Positions 32,901-42,851 of a stretch of DNA of 53,331 nucleotides are shown here, in pieces. Location of the stretch: the IMG/VR virus record IMGVR_UViG_3300002446_000089, positions 1 to 53,331 of that record, one strand, 5' to 3'. The DNA is from a virus. Lineage: Duplodnaviria > Caudoviricetes. A program made the translations under genes and the position numbers. How positions within the stretch are numbered: position 1 is the first letter of the stretch; the number at the start of each line of letters is the position of its first letter. The notes beneath the pieces were generated by a model. It was not told the DNA's origin and ran no database searches. It saw nothing but the letters and a program-made list of their open reading frames with translations.

Positions 32901-35645
32901 TTAAACCTTATTCTCAAGATCGTTTATAATCGCTCTAACGAGTTTATGTCCAATAGTCCAAGCAAGTTCATCCTCGTCTATCTCGGAGGAAGGCATATTG
33001 AAAGTTGAATTAACGCCGCTGACATTGACGTTGATATTCATACCGGCGCTACCGGTTGCGGCAGGTTCTTTCCAGTTGGGACTATAATTAAAATCTACAT
33101 TATACCCTATCCCACCAACTCCAGCCAATGCCGGCATGGGGGACATAACCCTGCCGACGTCCAATAAATTGCCCGCCTGCTGCCAGAGATCAAGGCCTCT
33201 GCTCCTCATCCGAGAGGATAAAGGGATTATCGCCTCCGAACCTGCTTCTGCAACCATACCCAGGTGAGGACTGCTGAAAACACCGCCTGTTGCATGTTTG
33301 GCCGCCGGAACCGTCGCCGGAACTGGTATGGTAGTAAATGATCTTACTGCAACCATGGCAGCAGCATTTATAAGGGAGTTGGCCAGGAATGATCCGCCGG
33401 CGATAATGCGATCAGACATGGACCGGAAATCTGTTACAAATGAGGCTGAGACTGTTGTTATATTTTTTAGCTGATCGCCCCAGGCTCCCATTTTGGCAAG
33501 TATGTCTTTAGTCGCTTTCTGTAGATCGGTATTCAGACTGGTTATTATGGATGTCGTATCTTTGGTTGCTTTTTGCAGGTTTGCGTTACTGGCCGCCGCT
33601 GCTGCAGTTATATCTTCTGTTTTTGCTGTTTTTACAACTCCCGCCTTCGCTGCCGGTGTTTCGACCATCTTTGAGGCAGCCCACTTGCCTGCAAGATAAC
33701 CACCAATGCCTCCAAGTGCTCCACCTATGGCTGTACCGATTCCAGGAAGGATTGCTGTTCCTATGGCAGCGCCGATTTGAGCGCCAGCCCAGCCGCCGCC
33801 TAAACCGCCGGCAGACTTGATAATTGCTGCGGGCTTATCCTTTGCTTTAGATACGTCGTAAGCCTCTCCTGCTATCGCCAGGGGTAAGGCTGCTTTCCCG
33901 GCAACCTTGGCTACTTTATTAAAGGCGGGCATTACCTTACTGAACATTGACAGTCCTTCCCCTGCTTTTGAGGCTGTGCCGGCAGCCATTTCAGCGACAG
34001 GGGTAACGGCAGCCTTTACCACTGGGGACTTAGCAACGGCTTCAACAGCAGGAGTAGCAGCTTTAGCGACAGGTGACGCAGCAGCGGGAACCTCTTTAAT
34101 ACCGTAAGTGCTTTTTACCATTTCAGCAGCTAGGGGGTTAGTTTTCTCCAACTTTGCTATTTTGCTGATAGCTTTATTTTTAAGGACTTTATCAAATATC
34201 TCTATTCCCCATTTGCCAGCGCCAAATAGCCCTTTACCTGCACCCAATGCACCTTTAAGAAGCATACCGCCACCCAGCAGACTAAAACCAGCAGCCAAAC
34301 CGGCGGCTCCAAGGATATTACCATTAGCCAGGGCACTGACTGATCCCTTCGCCATACTGGTAAGACCGGTAAGCCATGCTTTTACCGCTATTTCACCAAA
34401 TTTAATGAATATCTCCTGTACTTTTGCGCCGCCCGGGCCGTCAAGCCATTTACTAACAGCATCCAGCCCGCTGTTAAGAACAAATATAAGCTTGTCCCCC
34501 CAGACCATTTTTTTAAATTTTTCATCCGACGAAAGACGCTCAAGCCAATAATAAATGCCTTCAAACCTGTCCACAATCCAGCCACCGACACCACGGCCGA
34601 TCTCGGTAAGGCGGTCCTGCACCTGTTTAAGCCCTTTCTCATTTGCTGTAAGCTTGTCGGTAAATTTCTGCATTGCTGGAACTACTGCCTGCCGGATACC
34701 CTCGCCAAATGCAGTGAAGAATTTCAGGTTGGCGTAGTCCTTCAGGGTAGAGACCAGGCCGAATAGAGAACGTGACTGCTTGTCCATCATTTGCGGGAAG
34801 CGTTCCTCCATGCCCTTGAGCAGTGAATCAATAACTTTTTCAGCAGGAATAAGGCCCCGTTCGCTTAGTTTCATAACTTCTGCAGTGGATTTCCCCATTT
34901 TTTTGGCCAAGATGTCCCAAGCTGGGATACCGCTTTCGGTCAATTGTAACATCTCATCCCCGGAAACCTTTGCTTTGGCTTTCATCTGCCCCAAAGCCAG
35001 CGTTATCCGGCTGATGCCTTCTTGTCCCAGCCCGAGGCCCGAAGCAGCATCACCGACGGCCGTCAGTGTCGGGATTATCCTTTCAGACGAGAAACCGAAG
35101 GCCAGGAGCTTCTTGGACGCGTCCCGGAGCTGGGGCATTTCAAACGGAGTTTTAACTGCAAAATCAGCCAGGTTATTGAGGAACTTATTCGCCTTTTCAG
35201 AACTGCCCAGCATTGTTTCCATAGCGATGTTTGCCTGTTCCATTTCACCGGCCAACTTCAACGGATAACCGATCGCCCCGGCAATACCCACGCCGCCGCC
35301 GAGTAACATTAGCGGACTGGTTAGAGTTGACGTGATGCGTTTGAAAACATTGGTGACTTTATCCACACCCTGGAGAGTGACTTTATGAACGGTGTTCAAC
35401 CGGCTCAGTTTTGATTCAATCGTCCGCAACGGCGCCGATATACGGTCATTGATAGTCACTGCCGGACTCATCTTGATCCGCCCTAATATTTCTGCCCGCT
35501 TTTGGGTTTGCTTTATGAACCTATTCATAGCAGCAAAACCGCTTTTCGCCCGGTTAGCCTCTTTAGACGGCCGCTCGCCAACTTCCTTCATAGCAGCGTC
35601 ATACTGCGATATATCTGCCCTGACTGTTGCTACCATTTCGCTCAA
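32901..35645 (-). CDS. Tape measure protein
   Basis: FAVKTPFE...ALGQMKAKAKVSGDEMLQLTESGIP tape-measure domain; Gly/Ala-rich; HATGG..GEAG-like end. Confidence 0.92.
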   Translation of the reverse strand: MSEMVATVRADISQYDAAMKEVGERPSKEANRAKSGFAAMNRFIKQTQKRAEILGRIKMSPAVTINDRISAPLRTIESKLSRLNTVHKVTLQGVDKVTNVFKRITSTLTSPLMLLGGGVGIAGAIGYPLKLAGEMEQANIAMETMLGSSEKANKFLNNLADFAVKTPFEMPQLRDASKKLLAFGFSSERIIPTLTAVGDAASGLGLGQEGISRITLALGQMKAKAKVSGDEMLQLTESGIPAWDILAKKMGKSTAEVMKLSERGLIPAEKVIDSLLKGMEERFPQMMDKQSRSLFGLVSTLKDYANLKFFTAFGEGIRQAVVPAMQKFTDKLTANEKGLKQVQDRLTEIGRGVGGWIVDRFEGIYYWLERLSSDEKFKKMVWGDKLIFVLNSGLDAVSKWLDGPGGAKVQEIFIKFGEIAVKAWLTGLTSMAKGSVSALANGNILGAAGLAAGFSLLGGGMLLKGALGAGKGLFGAGKWGIEIFDKVLKNKAISKIAKLEKTNPLAAEMVKSTYGIKEVPAAASPVAKAATPAVEAVAKSPVVKAAVTPVAEMAAGTASKAGEGLSMFSKVMPAFNKVAKVAGKAALPLAIAGEAYDVSKAKDKPAAIIKSAGGLGGGWAGAQIGAAIGTAILPGIGTAIGGALGGIGGYLAGKWAASKMVETPAAKAGVVKTAKTEDITAAAAASNANLQKATKDTTSIITSLNTDLQKATKDILAKMGAWGDQLKNITTVSASFVTDFRSMSDRIIAGGSFLANSLINAAAMVAVRSFTTIPVPATVPAAKHATGGVFSSPHLGMVAEAGSEAIIPLSSRMRSRGLDLWQQAGNLLDVGRVMSPMPALAGVGGIGYNVDFNYSPNWKEPAATGSAGMNINVNVSGVNSTFNMPSSEIDEDELAWTIGHKLVRAIINDLENKV

Positions 35646-35815
35646 CGCTTATCACCACCTTTGGACTGCTTCTTCATTTGCTCTAACTCAATATCCGTAC
35701 TGGCTAATAAAAATTGCTGTTCTCCATGGGGCAAAGCCCAAAACTCGCCGGGGCGCAGGTGATGCCGCACCCACATCCAGTACAGCACCCCCGCCATTCC
35801 CCCGGCCTTGATTAA
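35642..35815 (-). CDS. Tail assembly chaperone frameshift extension (GT product)
   Basis: -1 frame LIKAGGMAGVLYWMWVRHHLRPGEFWALPHGEQQFLLAS...; slippery A AAA AAT at 35821-35815. Confidence 0.75.
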   Translation of the reverse strand, partial: LIKAGGMAGVLYWMWVRHHLRPGEFWALPHGEQQFLLASTDIELEQMKKQSKGGDKR

Positions 35816-36273
35816 TTTTTTACATCTTCCAGGTCAGTATTGTAGCCGCTTAGATCAAGCACTATGCTCCCGAGAGAGTCAAGTTCGCCGGCAAGCAACA
35901 TACGTTTCACGACCTGGTCAGGACCGGACAGCCTGTACTTGCTTAAGAACCTTTGGTCGCCCCAGCCGCTGAACACAATGACCTTCTTCTCCGTATTCTC
36001 ATCCTCTTCTTGGACAACAACCCGAAGCCCTGTAGTTGCCTGTGCTATCAGCAAGCAGTTGAACTTCTCCTCGTCAAAGTCCACTACCGTTTGGCCTTTA
36101 GACTTCTTTTTAACAGTACATTGCTCACGGGTTTTGTAGACTTTGTCCGCTATCAGCCCCTGCAAGTCAATCTCCAGATTAAGTCGGCCTATTTTACAAA
36201 AATCGACCGGCATCTCAGCATTGCCTAAAAGAGAATCAATAACTTGATCTTCGCTCATTCCTCTAAAATCCAC
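35812..36273 (-). CDS. Tail assembly chaperone (XkdN-like)
   Basis: VVKRMLLAGE...LSGY; located between tube and tape measure genes. Confidence 0.85.
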   Translation of the reverse strand: MDFRGMSEDQVIDSLLGNAEMPVDFCKIGRLNLEIDLQGLIADKVYKTREQCTVKKKSKGQTVVDFDEEKFNCLLIAQATTGLRVVVQEEDENTEKKVIVFSGWGDQRFLSKYRLSGPDQVVKRMLLAGELDSLGSIVLDLSGYNTDLEDVKN

Positions 36274-36310
36274 TTATCAACAACCCTTTCTTTTAATAGT
36301 TTTCCGTGAT

Positions 36311-36751
36311 TTAATCCGCCTCGATATAGTCCTTTGGATCAATTCCCTCAAAACGGAATGGTATCTCTTGCTCAATAACCTCGCCGGCTTTCCAGTTGAT
36401 CGGTATTTTATCGAACTTGACATTTGTCAACCGCACACGTTCAATGCCGAATGATTCCGGGTCTTTTAGCTTCGTGATCAGTTCAGTCTTAACTGCCCCG
36501 TTATCGTCATCCGTCATGGGCATTATTCGCTTCATCATGTCAGACGTTACTTTAAACCCAGTAATCGTCCCGGTTCCTTTTACGCCAACCAGTTTGTTCT
36601 GTGTCCAGCGTGTACCGCATACCTTAAGCTCCGACCATTCAAATTCAACATCAACGGTAACAGCGGTAACGTTTGTCTGCCATTCACCTTCAAGATACAA
36701 TTCGCCGTAAGTCCCGTTAATCGCCCGAGCAATATCTAAAATATCAGGCAC
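36311..36751 (-). CDS. Tail tube protein (XkdM-like)
   Basis: INGTYGEL, KGTGTI, KLKDPES.GIERV, EIPFRF. Confidence 0.9.
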   Translation of the reverse strand: MPDILDIARAINGTYGELYLEGEWQTNVTAVTVDVEFEWSELKVCGTRWTQNKLVGVKGTGTITGFKVTSDMMKRIMPMTDDDNGAVKTELITKLKDPESFGIERVRLTNVKFDKIPINWKAGEVIEQEIPFRFEGIDPKDYIEAD

Positions 36752-36855
36752 CTGTTAACACCTCCTGAGATTTATTAGTAAAACAGAAAGGACGCCGTAC
36801 ATTCTCTGGTATTGAGCGTCCTTTTCTTTGATTTTATTTTAGTTAGTTGTTTAGC

Positions 36856-38328
36856 TTACAAGACATAGAACACTCCAAAAATAGCTTCAATGGTGTCGGT
36901 CAACCTCGCTCCGAAGTTCAAGAATACCTGATCCGGTTCAGGCGTCAAGGTTGCCCCGTCGCCGTAGTAATCCGGATCGAGAATAACATAATACCCGGTT
37001 GCCTCAATTACACCGCCCTTGGCCAGAGTGGCCATATACTGCAGACATGCACCGATCAGCGCAAGGCGGCCTTCCTCTGTATTGTTTACTTTGCCGATGT
37101 AGTTTGCTTCTGCAGTTTTCTGCAGATCAGAGGCTATAGCATCCATAACCCTGATGGGCCGGATCTTCTTAAACGAATTGTTTTGGTCTGTCCTGAGAGC
37201 TACAAGGGTATTGATTCCCTTGAGCACCTTGACGATCAGACCGTCATGGAACAGAAGAAATACGCCGCCCTCTACAGCATCAACCTGCTCCGATTTCGTC
37301 CATCTCCGGTTCACATCGCTAAACGGCGCCGGCGCATAGGTTACCGATTCTTTCAGTTTCTTCCCGGCAATAAGCCCGGCCACCCAAGGCGCCAGTTCCG
37401 CCGAACTATATTCAACGCCGGCAAGGTAAGCCCCACAGCCCACGTTGACAATACCTTCGTAATTATTAGCTGCGCTGCGGGCAACCGCCTGATCGACAGC
37501 ATCTACGGCCTTATCATTAACCGCCGACCCACCAATTACACCGATAATGTATGTCCCTTCTGACCGGACCCGTTCAACCCAGGCCTTGAATGATGCCTGA
37601 ATACCGGAGCTTGTTACCCCATCCAGGGCGATCAGGTTGAATTCCTGCGTCTCAAAGAGGGTAAAAGCGTCAGTATAATCCTGCGTTACCAACCCATCAA
37701 TACCAGAATCACCGCCGGTCATAGGCTGTGCTGCTATGTTAGTTAGGATTCCATTGCCTTCCGCCAGTAACGTTGCTTTCAGGTATTTGCTTGTGTCGTT
37801 ATTGATGGCCGCAACCGCCGCTGCAATAGTCCCGCTGGTGAACGTGTACGTCCTCCTCAACGTGGTACCCTCATACAGCTTGATGTCTTTGTAGTTACCG
37901 TCCACCGGATTGACTGCTACAGTGATCTTGAAACTGTTCCCCCTGGCTCCTTTATAATAGGCATCCAACCGAATCACATTTACCGGCTCCGCGGTCGTGT
38001 CCTTCAGTGTCAGGGTAGCAACCGCCGCATCACCGTCAACCAGCCGATAGGCAATTACCTCTTTCGCTCCGCCCATCAATGCAAACCGGCAAGTCTTATA
38101 GGCCGTCGATCCATCGCTGTCATCGGCGGTAAATAAATCAGTAATATGCGACTCACGCGTGATTGTTTGAAATTCCTTATCCGGCCCCCAGTGTGCCTTT
38201 ACAGGGACCAGCACTATACCTCTGCTTCCGGGCTGAATGGCTGCCAAAGCCGCAGCCTCAAAATTCATATAAAGCCCAGGAATGCGAGGAAGATCAAGTA
38301 CGTCCCACTTACCCCCAGCCATAGTCAA
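36856..38328 (-). CDS. Tail sheath protein (XkdK-like)
   Basis: MAGGKW...PGLYMNF, AHWGP, GINT, FKKIR.IRVMD, YIGKVNN. Confidence 0.92.
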   Translation of the reverse strand: MTMAGGKWDVLDLPRIPGLYMNFEAAALAAIQPGSRGIVLVPVKAHWGPDKEFQTITRESHITDLFTADDSDGSTAYKTCRFALMGGAKEVIAYRLVDGDAAVATLTLKDTTAEPVNVIRLDAYYKGARGNSFKITVAVNPVDGNYKDIKLYEGTTLRRTYTFTSGTIAAAVAAINNDTSKYLKATLLAEGNGILTNIAAQPMTGGDSGIDGLVTQDYTDAFTLFETQEFNLIALDGVTSSGIQASFKAWVERVRSEGTYIIGVIGGSAVNDKAVDAVDQAVARSAANNYEGIVNVGCGAYLAGVEYSSAELAPWVAGLIAGKKLKESVTYAPAPFSDVNRRWTKSEQVDAVEGGVFLLFHDGLIVKVLKGINTLVALRTDQNNSFKKIRPIRVMDAIASDLQKTAEANYIGKVNNTEEGRLALIGACLQYMATLAKGGVIEATGYYVILDPDYYGDGATLTPEPDQVFLNFGARLTDTIEAIFGVFYVL

Positions 38329-39180
38329 TCACTCCAATCTTAATATTTTTCTAAATACCTCTTTCTTTCTTGATAGCCAACGTGTTGCGTCTTTATATAG
38401 ATACTGATAACATTGGCCTACTTGGTTCCGCCCACTGATAATCAGCGAATAGATACTGGTGTTTCTGTATACCCCGCCTCCTGGCACACCGGCATAAAAA
38501 CGGAACTGTTCCAGTGTCCATTCGCAAAACTCTTTACAACCGCAAATATTAAACTGTGGTTGCATGCTATAAACGCCTTTTGATTCCCCTATGTGGCCAT
38601 CTCCATCAAAAACGCCCCGCAAATAATGATTGAGCAGGGTGGGATCGTCAAACATGGGGAATGTTCCGATTTTAATTTTATTTGGATAAATCCCTTGTTT
38701 CTCAAGATCGTAAACCATTTCATCTGAATTAAAGCGTATATAAACACGTCTCCTCTTAACATCGTGAGCAATTGGAACCGTGAACGCATCAATATCCTGC
38801 CGAAAGCATTCCACCATATAAGCATCTTTTTCGCCTAGCAATATCTGTAACCGTTTATTATTATAATTGTCGATAATACAACCATCGGCCTGAATAAAAC
38901 CTAGCCAATATGCTGATTCAGGAGTAAGGGTTTTAAAATAATTCTCATTGAAACGATGCTTCCGTCCGGTTTTTCCATTTCTTTTTCCAATCTCGCCGAG
39001 AAAAGACCTCTTGTATAATGCTTCCTTTTTCAGATGTAAATCCCTCGCCCTTGTTGTTAGGGCATCATATGTCACATGAAAAATATCCACCAATTCCTTA
39101 TTTGGAGTTAGTGGATACAGATCAATCAATCTTTTGTTTTCCTCTTTTGTCCATCTGTGAAATGTTTTTACTGAGCCAAT
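38329..39180 (-). CDS. Free-standing LAGLIDADG homing endonuclease with N-terminal HTH-like segment
   Basis: AYWLGFIQADG and YLRGVFDGDG motifs; AT-rich; frame open upstream through WTKEE..L to ATT at 39180. Confidence 0.88.
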   Translation of the reverse strand: MGSVKTFHRWTKEENKRLIDLYPLTPNKELVDIFHVTYDALTTRARDLHLKKEALYKRSFLGEIGKRNGKTGRKHRFNENYFKTLTPESAYWLGFIQADGCIIDNYNNKRLQILLGEKDAYMVECFRQDIDAFTVPIAHDVKRRRVYIRFNSDEMVYDLEKQGIYPNKIKIGTFPMFDDPTLLNHYLRGVFDGDGHIGESKGVYSMQPQFNICGCKEFCEWTLEQFRFYAGVPGGGVYRNTSIYSLIISGRNQVGQCYQYLYKDATRWLSRKKEVFRKILRLE

Positions 39181-39182
39181 GA

Positions 39183-39377
39183 CTATTCCACCTTCCTTTC
39201 TAAAAATGCTTTGATAAGCACTTTCACCTCATCCACTGTTAACTCGTTCCCGGAACAGCCATAAACTGCTCCAACAACAACTTCCGGCTTAACGCCGAAT
39301 ACCGCTTGTGACTGAGCGATTAGTTCGTTAATATGATACTTCGGCGCCTCTTCGGGTTGCTTTTCGCCTTTGGCCAC
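39183..39377 (-). CDS. Small conserved protein upstream of the sheath gene
   Basis: FGVKPEVVVGA...FLERKV. Confidence 0.7.
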   Translation of the reverse strand: MAKGEKQPEEAPKYHINELIAQSQAVFGVKPEVVVGAVYGCSGNELTVDEVKVLIKAFLERKVE

Positions 39378-39395
39378 TTTCCCCCCGCCTTTCTT

Positions 39396-40352
39396 TTATG
39401 GAGTGCTGAAATGTACTTCAGCCATAACCGGCACCTCATCAAAGGGCCTCATTGTAATCCTGCTTAACTCAACCCTCACCTGGCCGACAGTGAGAGCTTC
39501 AGCCTGGTAATCTCCTTTAACCGGACCAACCGTCAAGTAACGCCTGTCAACCAGGCTCAAGGGTACCTTAATAGCTGCTGCCAATCCTTCGGTAATACTC
39601 AAAACACCCGCCGCCTGCTGATTGGGCGTGCTTCCCAAAACATGTCCAACCAGTACTTTTTTTACCTTATACGCCGCCCGGTTGACGCCCTCAATGTCCG
39701 TATTGGCCACACTCCACATCATCGAAGGTTTGGCAAATCCCAAATTAAACGCTCCCGGGTATATGGTCCACCCCGGTCCCAGGATTCCGGCAGACCATTG
39801 ACAAAGCGCCTCCACCCATGGATCAACAGGAATTGTATCCGTAAAAGCTTTCCACCAGTGGACGTTGTAAGTCAAAAAAATGCTCTTGTTTGCCGGGTCG
39901 TTAGGGTCCTCCAACGTCCTCTCAAGCGGTGTTCGGGCATTCCTGTCCACCTCAAACCAAACCCCACCGTCTTCCACGGGATTCTCAGGATCTGTGAAAT
40001 CAAAACGGGTAATAACAATCCCGGTTTCTCCCGCCCCCGCCAAGGCGGAATAGACCTTGTCCCGGAATTCCCAAAGACTGTTCCAGGGAAAATCTTTCGA
40101 CGGGTCTGAAGCCCTCATCTTGCACTCTATTTCCACCTGCGTTACGGACCTATTGTTTTCATCCGGTACCACGTACGGACCTTTTGGCGACCCGGGAAGG
40201 GTTTGCATTGCCAATAATGTAAGCCACTTGCCGCCGTCGGTCAGTTGGGACTGAGGACTTTCTATAAACTTCGATTCGGTAACGGAGCTTAAGCCAAAGG
40301 TTGAAAAGTTTTCAATTATATGCTTTATAATTGACTGCATAGTATTTTTCAT
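39396..40352 (-). CDS. Tail terminator-like / neck protein
   Basis: Position before the sheath gene; 318 aa. Confidence 0.6.
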   Translation of the reverse strand: MKNTMQSIIKHIIENFSTFGLSSVTESKFIESPQSQLTDGGKWLTLLAMQTLPGSPKGPYVVPDENNRSVTQVEIECKMRASDPSKDFPWNSLWEFRDKVYSALAGAGETGIVITRFDFTDPENPVEDGGVWFEVDRNARTPLERTLEDPNDPANKSIFLTYNVHWWKAFTDTIPVDPWVEALCQWSAGILGPGWTIYPGAFNLGFAKPSMMWSVANTDIEGVNRAAYKVKKVLVGHVLGSTPNQQAAGVLSITEGLAAAIKVPLSLVDRRYLTVGPVKGDYQAEALTVGQVRVELSRITMRPFDEVPVMAEVHFSTP

Positions 40353-40403
40353 GACAACGCTCCTGTTTTTTTAAAGATAACGCCGATTCCGCCAAGCGCT
40401 CAC

Positions 40404-40434
40404 AAAAAAACCGTTCTCTTAAGAGAAACGGTTA
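40404..40434 (-). terminator. Intrinsic terminator inside the late region
   Basis: AACCGTTTCTC-TTAA-GAGAACGG followed by T7. Confidence 0.75.
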
Positions 40435-40512
40435 ACGCGTAAATTTCCACGTAACTAATATCCACAGCAACAGAATCGCAACCAGCCAGAACCATTGTTT
40501 CCGGGTAGGCAT
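40432..40512 (-). CDS. 26-aa hydrophobic Trp-rich peptide
   Basis: Hand-translated MPTRKQWFWLVAILLLWILVTWKFTR; SD AGGGG; terminator follows. Confidence 0.55.
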   Translation of the reverse strand: MPTRKQWFWLVAILLLWILVTWKFTR

Positions 40513-40584
40513 AATTAATTCAACCCCTAATATCTTTTTAACCTAATCACTGCTCAATTAAACAATCGCGTTCCGCTGGTTAAA

Positions 40585-41955
40585 TTACGGTGCTTGATAC
40601 CCTTGGGCATTCACGTATACATTCGCCCCGGTAGTTATACAGGCGAAGTTCATAACCGTTGCAGCCGTTCCCTTTAAGGGTGTTGGGAACGAAACTAAAG
40701 CAGGAAAGGCCATATTCGCTGGAGCGTAACACAGCCAGATTACAGTTGAACCGTTCTTCACAACAACTTCCGTTGCGGTTGCATTGGTATTTTGATACTG
40801 TAAGCAGGTTACATAGTTCCTTATGCCCGCTGCCCCGGCTGCTACTAAGGCAACATCTGCAGTATTTGCGATAGGAGATGAACAAGCGAATTGCCAATCC
40901 AAATTAGGAATTGAGTAGGGTTTTTGAATTAATGCTCCCACTGTGGTTGTAACTAAATCAGCAGTATCGCCTGTGGCTACACCTGTATAGTTGGCTGTTA
41001 TAGCCCGGCCGCCTATGCGGACAGGGGCACTGGTAATAGGGGAATCGTGAGACGTTGCTCCAGCCACACCATCCGGTATAGTGACAGGCATTCCCATACC
41101 GCCAACCTTGCCGCCCCGGCTTGCAGTTATCTCCGTGGTTAGCTCCGAAAACTCAATAGCATTCACAAAATACAAAGTCCAGTTTGTATTTGATGCCGGA
41201 GGAGTTGAACTATTGTATATACGAATCTGTAGTTTATAACGTGAATTAGGGTTCGGAATAACAGTCTGTTCAACCTTACTGTTTGAACGTGCAGAAACCG
41301 AGTTGAGTCCCCGGCTGTGAAACCACGCCTCATCTGAGAATACTTCTATTTCCTGTATCGCATCTGAATTTGTCGCGAGCGTAGTCACATTAGGCGTAAA
41401 CCATATTGCCTGACCATCACATTTTGAATATAGGGTACAATATGTTGCCGTTGTACCATCAAAACTAACAGCAATCATGTCCTTATTATCAGGCGCCCCG
41501 TTATCATCAACGCTAATTAACTCAACGATAAATGACTGATTTGCGATACGCTGTGATAACTTATGACCGAATGTCAACCTCAATGGAAAATTAAATATCT
41601 CTTTGCTTCGCAGAATAGTTGCAGCACTTGCTTCTATCCCTGCACTTGCTACCATATTAAAACCTGATAAATCTAATATTTGCCCAGCGCCTTGCTGAAC
41701 GATTTCCCATTTATCAAGGTTTAGACTCGGCCCTCTGAAATTGTCACGCCATTTTTTATGAATTGAACTCATCTTAAGGACATCACTATTATTGTCGTAG
41801 GCAATATTACTGCCCATAAGTTGAGTTTCAATACTATACGTCCCATCGCCATTGGCCTTTGCCTTTATGGGCACATATTTACTTGTATCCTCCGGATCCT
41901 GGGCTAATAAGATAATCGGATCTGCATCATTACCCAGTTTCTCTGCATATTTCAA
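40585..41955 (-). CDS. Hypothetical beta-rich protein, possible virion appendage
   Basis: 456 aa, Ala/Thr/Ser/Asn-rich; SD AGGAGTG; inserted among neck genes. Confidence 0.7.
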   Translation of the reverse strand: MKYAEKLGNDADPIILLAQDPEDTSKYVPIKAKANGDGTYSIETQLMGSNIAYDNNSDVLKMSSIHKKWRDNFRGPSLNLDKWEIVQQGAGQILDLSGFNMVASAGIEASAATILRSKEIFNFPLRLTFGHKLSQRIANQSFIVELISVDDNGAPDNKDMIAVSFDGTTATYCTLYSKCDGQAIWFTPNVTTLATNSDAIQEIEVFSDEAWFHSRGLNSVSARSNSKVEQTVIPNPNSRYKLQIRIYNSSTPPASNTNWTLYFVNAIEFSELTTEITASRGGKVGGMGMPVTIPDGVAGATSHDSPITSAPVRIGGRAITANYTGVATGDTADLVTTTVGALIQKPYSIPNLDWQFACSSPIANTADVALVAAGAAGIRNYVTCLQYQNTNATATEVVVKNGSTVIWLCYAPANMAFPALVSFPTPLKGTAATVMNFACITTGANVYVNAQGYQAP

Positions 41956-42079
41956 TCCAACATCACTCCTTAAGCCGCTTAACCTGATCGCCCTGACTCT
42001 TCAGAAATTAATCATTTGTTTAGAGGCAGGACAAAGCAAGCGAACAGCGAAAAGTTAAATTACAAAGGGGGTAAAATAC

Positions 42080-42265
42080 TTGAAAAAAGAAAACAAGAAG
42101 AATGATCTTTTCCCAACACGCAGGCTGGCCGTGAAACAGAAGGATTGGCCGGATACGATCGTTATCGAGCACGACATTGGGCCCATGATCAGGGAAACAT
42201 TCAGCCTTGACAAAAAGAAGCCCGACAAACCCGCCGAAGTAATCCCCTTGAAACCTAAAAAGTAA
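42080..42265 (+). CDS. Small basic hypothetical protein
   Basis: SD AGGGGG before TTG; opposite strand. Confidence 0.5.
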   Translation: MKKENKKNDLFPTRRLAVKQKDWPDTIVIEHDIGPMIRETFSLDKKKPDKPAEVIPLKPKK

Positions 42266-42851
42266 CCGGCATTAACCTGCCTATTTCGGTATACCTGATC
42301 GCTTCTTTCATCTGCTGCTGAAAATAGTTATCGATTAACACCAGGTTGCGCCTGAAGAAACCTCTGCCTTTAACGCGCGACACAAGACCCGCCCGTTTAT
42401 TAATGCGCCTGTTCACATTACTTATAACGACTTTGCCATTCACGCTTTTTAAAATCCCAGCCGCAAATAAATACCGCCGCTGCTTGTCGGTCAGTTTCTT
42501 CGGTCCGGTGGCCTTATGGCCGTATTCCACGGGAAGAGCGTATTTGACATTTGTCCCGATCCTGCCCCTGTAGCTTTCAACCTGGGTCATCGACTGGCTT
42601 TGTCCTTCTGCAATGGCAGCAAGATCACCATCAATGCTTAACCCGTACTTTTGCGCCAAATACCCCAGGATGCTGGCCCGCAGCCTTCCGGTATCCACCG
42701 GGCAGTCTTGCGCAATCCTTCCCGCTCCCCATAAGACGGTCCGGGTCACAGCCGCCTTTACATTGGCGTCTAAGAGCTGCTTTTGTTTTTCCGCTGCTCT
42801 TAAAAGATCCTCAGTGCCTTTAAAAGTGATATTAAATAGATCCCTGCCCAT
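42255..42851 (-). CDS. HK97 gp10-like tail completion protein
   Basis: CPVDTGRLRASI...GTNVKYALPVEYG. Confidence 0.85.
   Translation of the reverse strand: MGRDLFNITFKGTEDLLRAAEKQKQLLDANVKAAVTRTVLWGAGRIAQDCPVDTGRLRASILGYLAQKYGLSIDGDLAAIAEGQSQSMTQVESYRGRIGTNVKYALPVEYGHKATGPKKLTDKQRRYLFAAGILKSVNGKVVISNVNRRINKRAGLVSRVKGRGFFRRNLVLIDNYFQQQMKEAIRYTEIGRLMPVTF

Noticed and set aside
33493-37563. Long plus-strand ORFs opposite the tape measure and sheath genes (and similar ones opposite capsid and terminase)
   Set aside because: No recognisable motifs or expression signals; typical antisense shadows, unlike the intein-nested ORF
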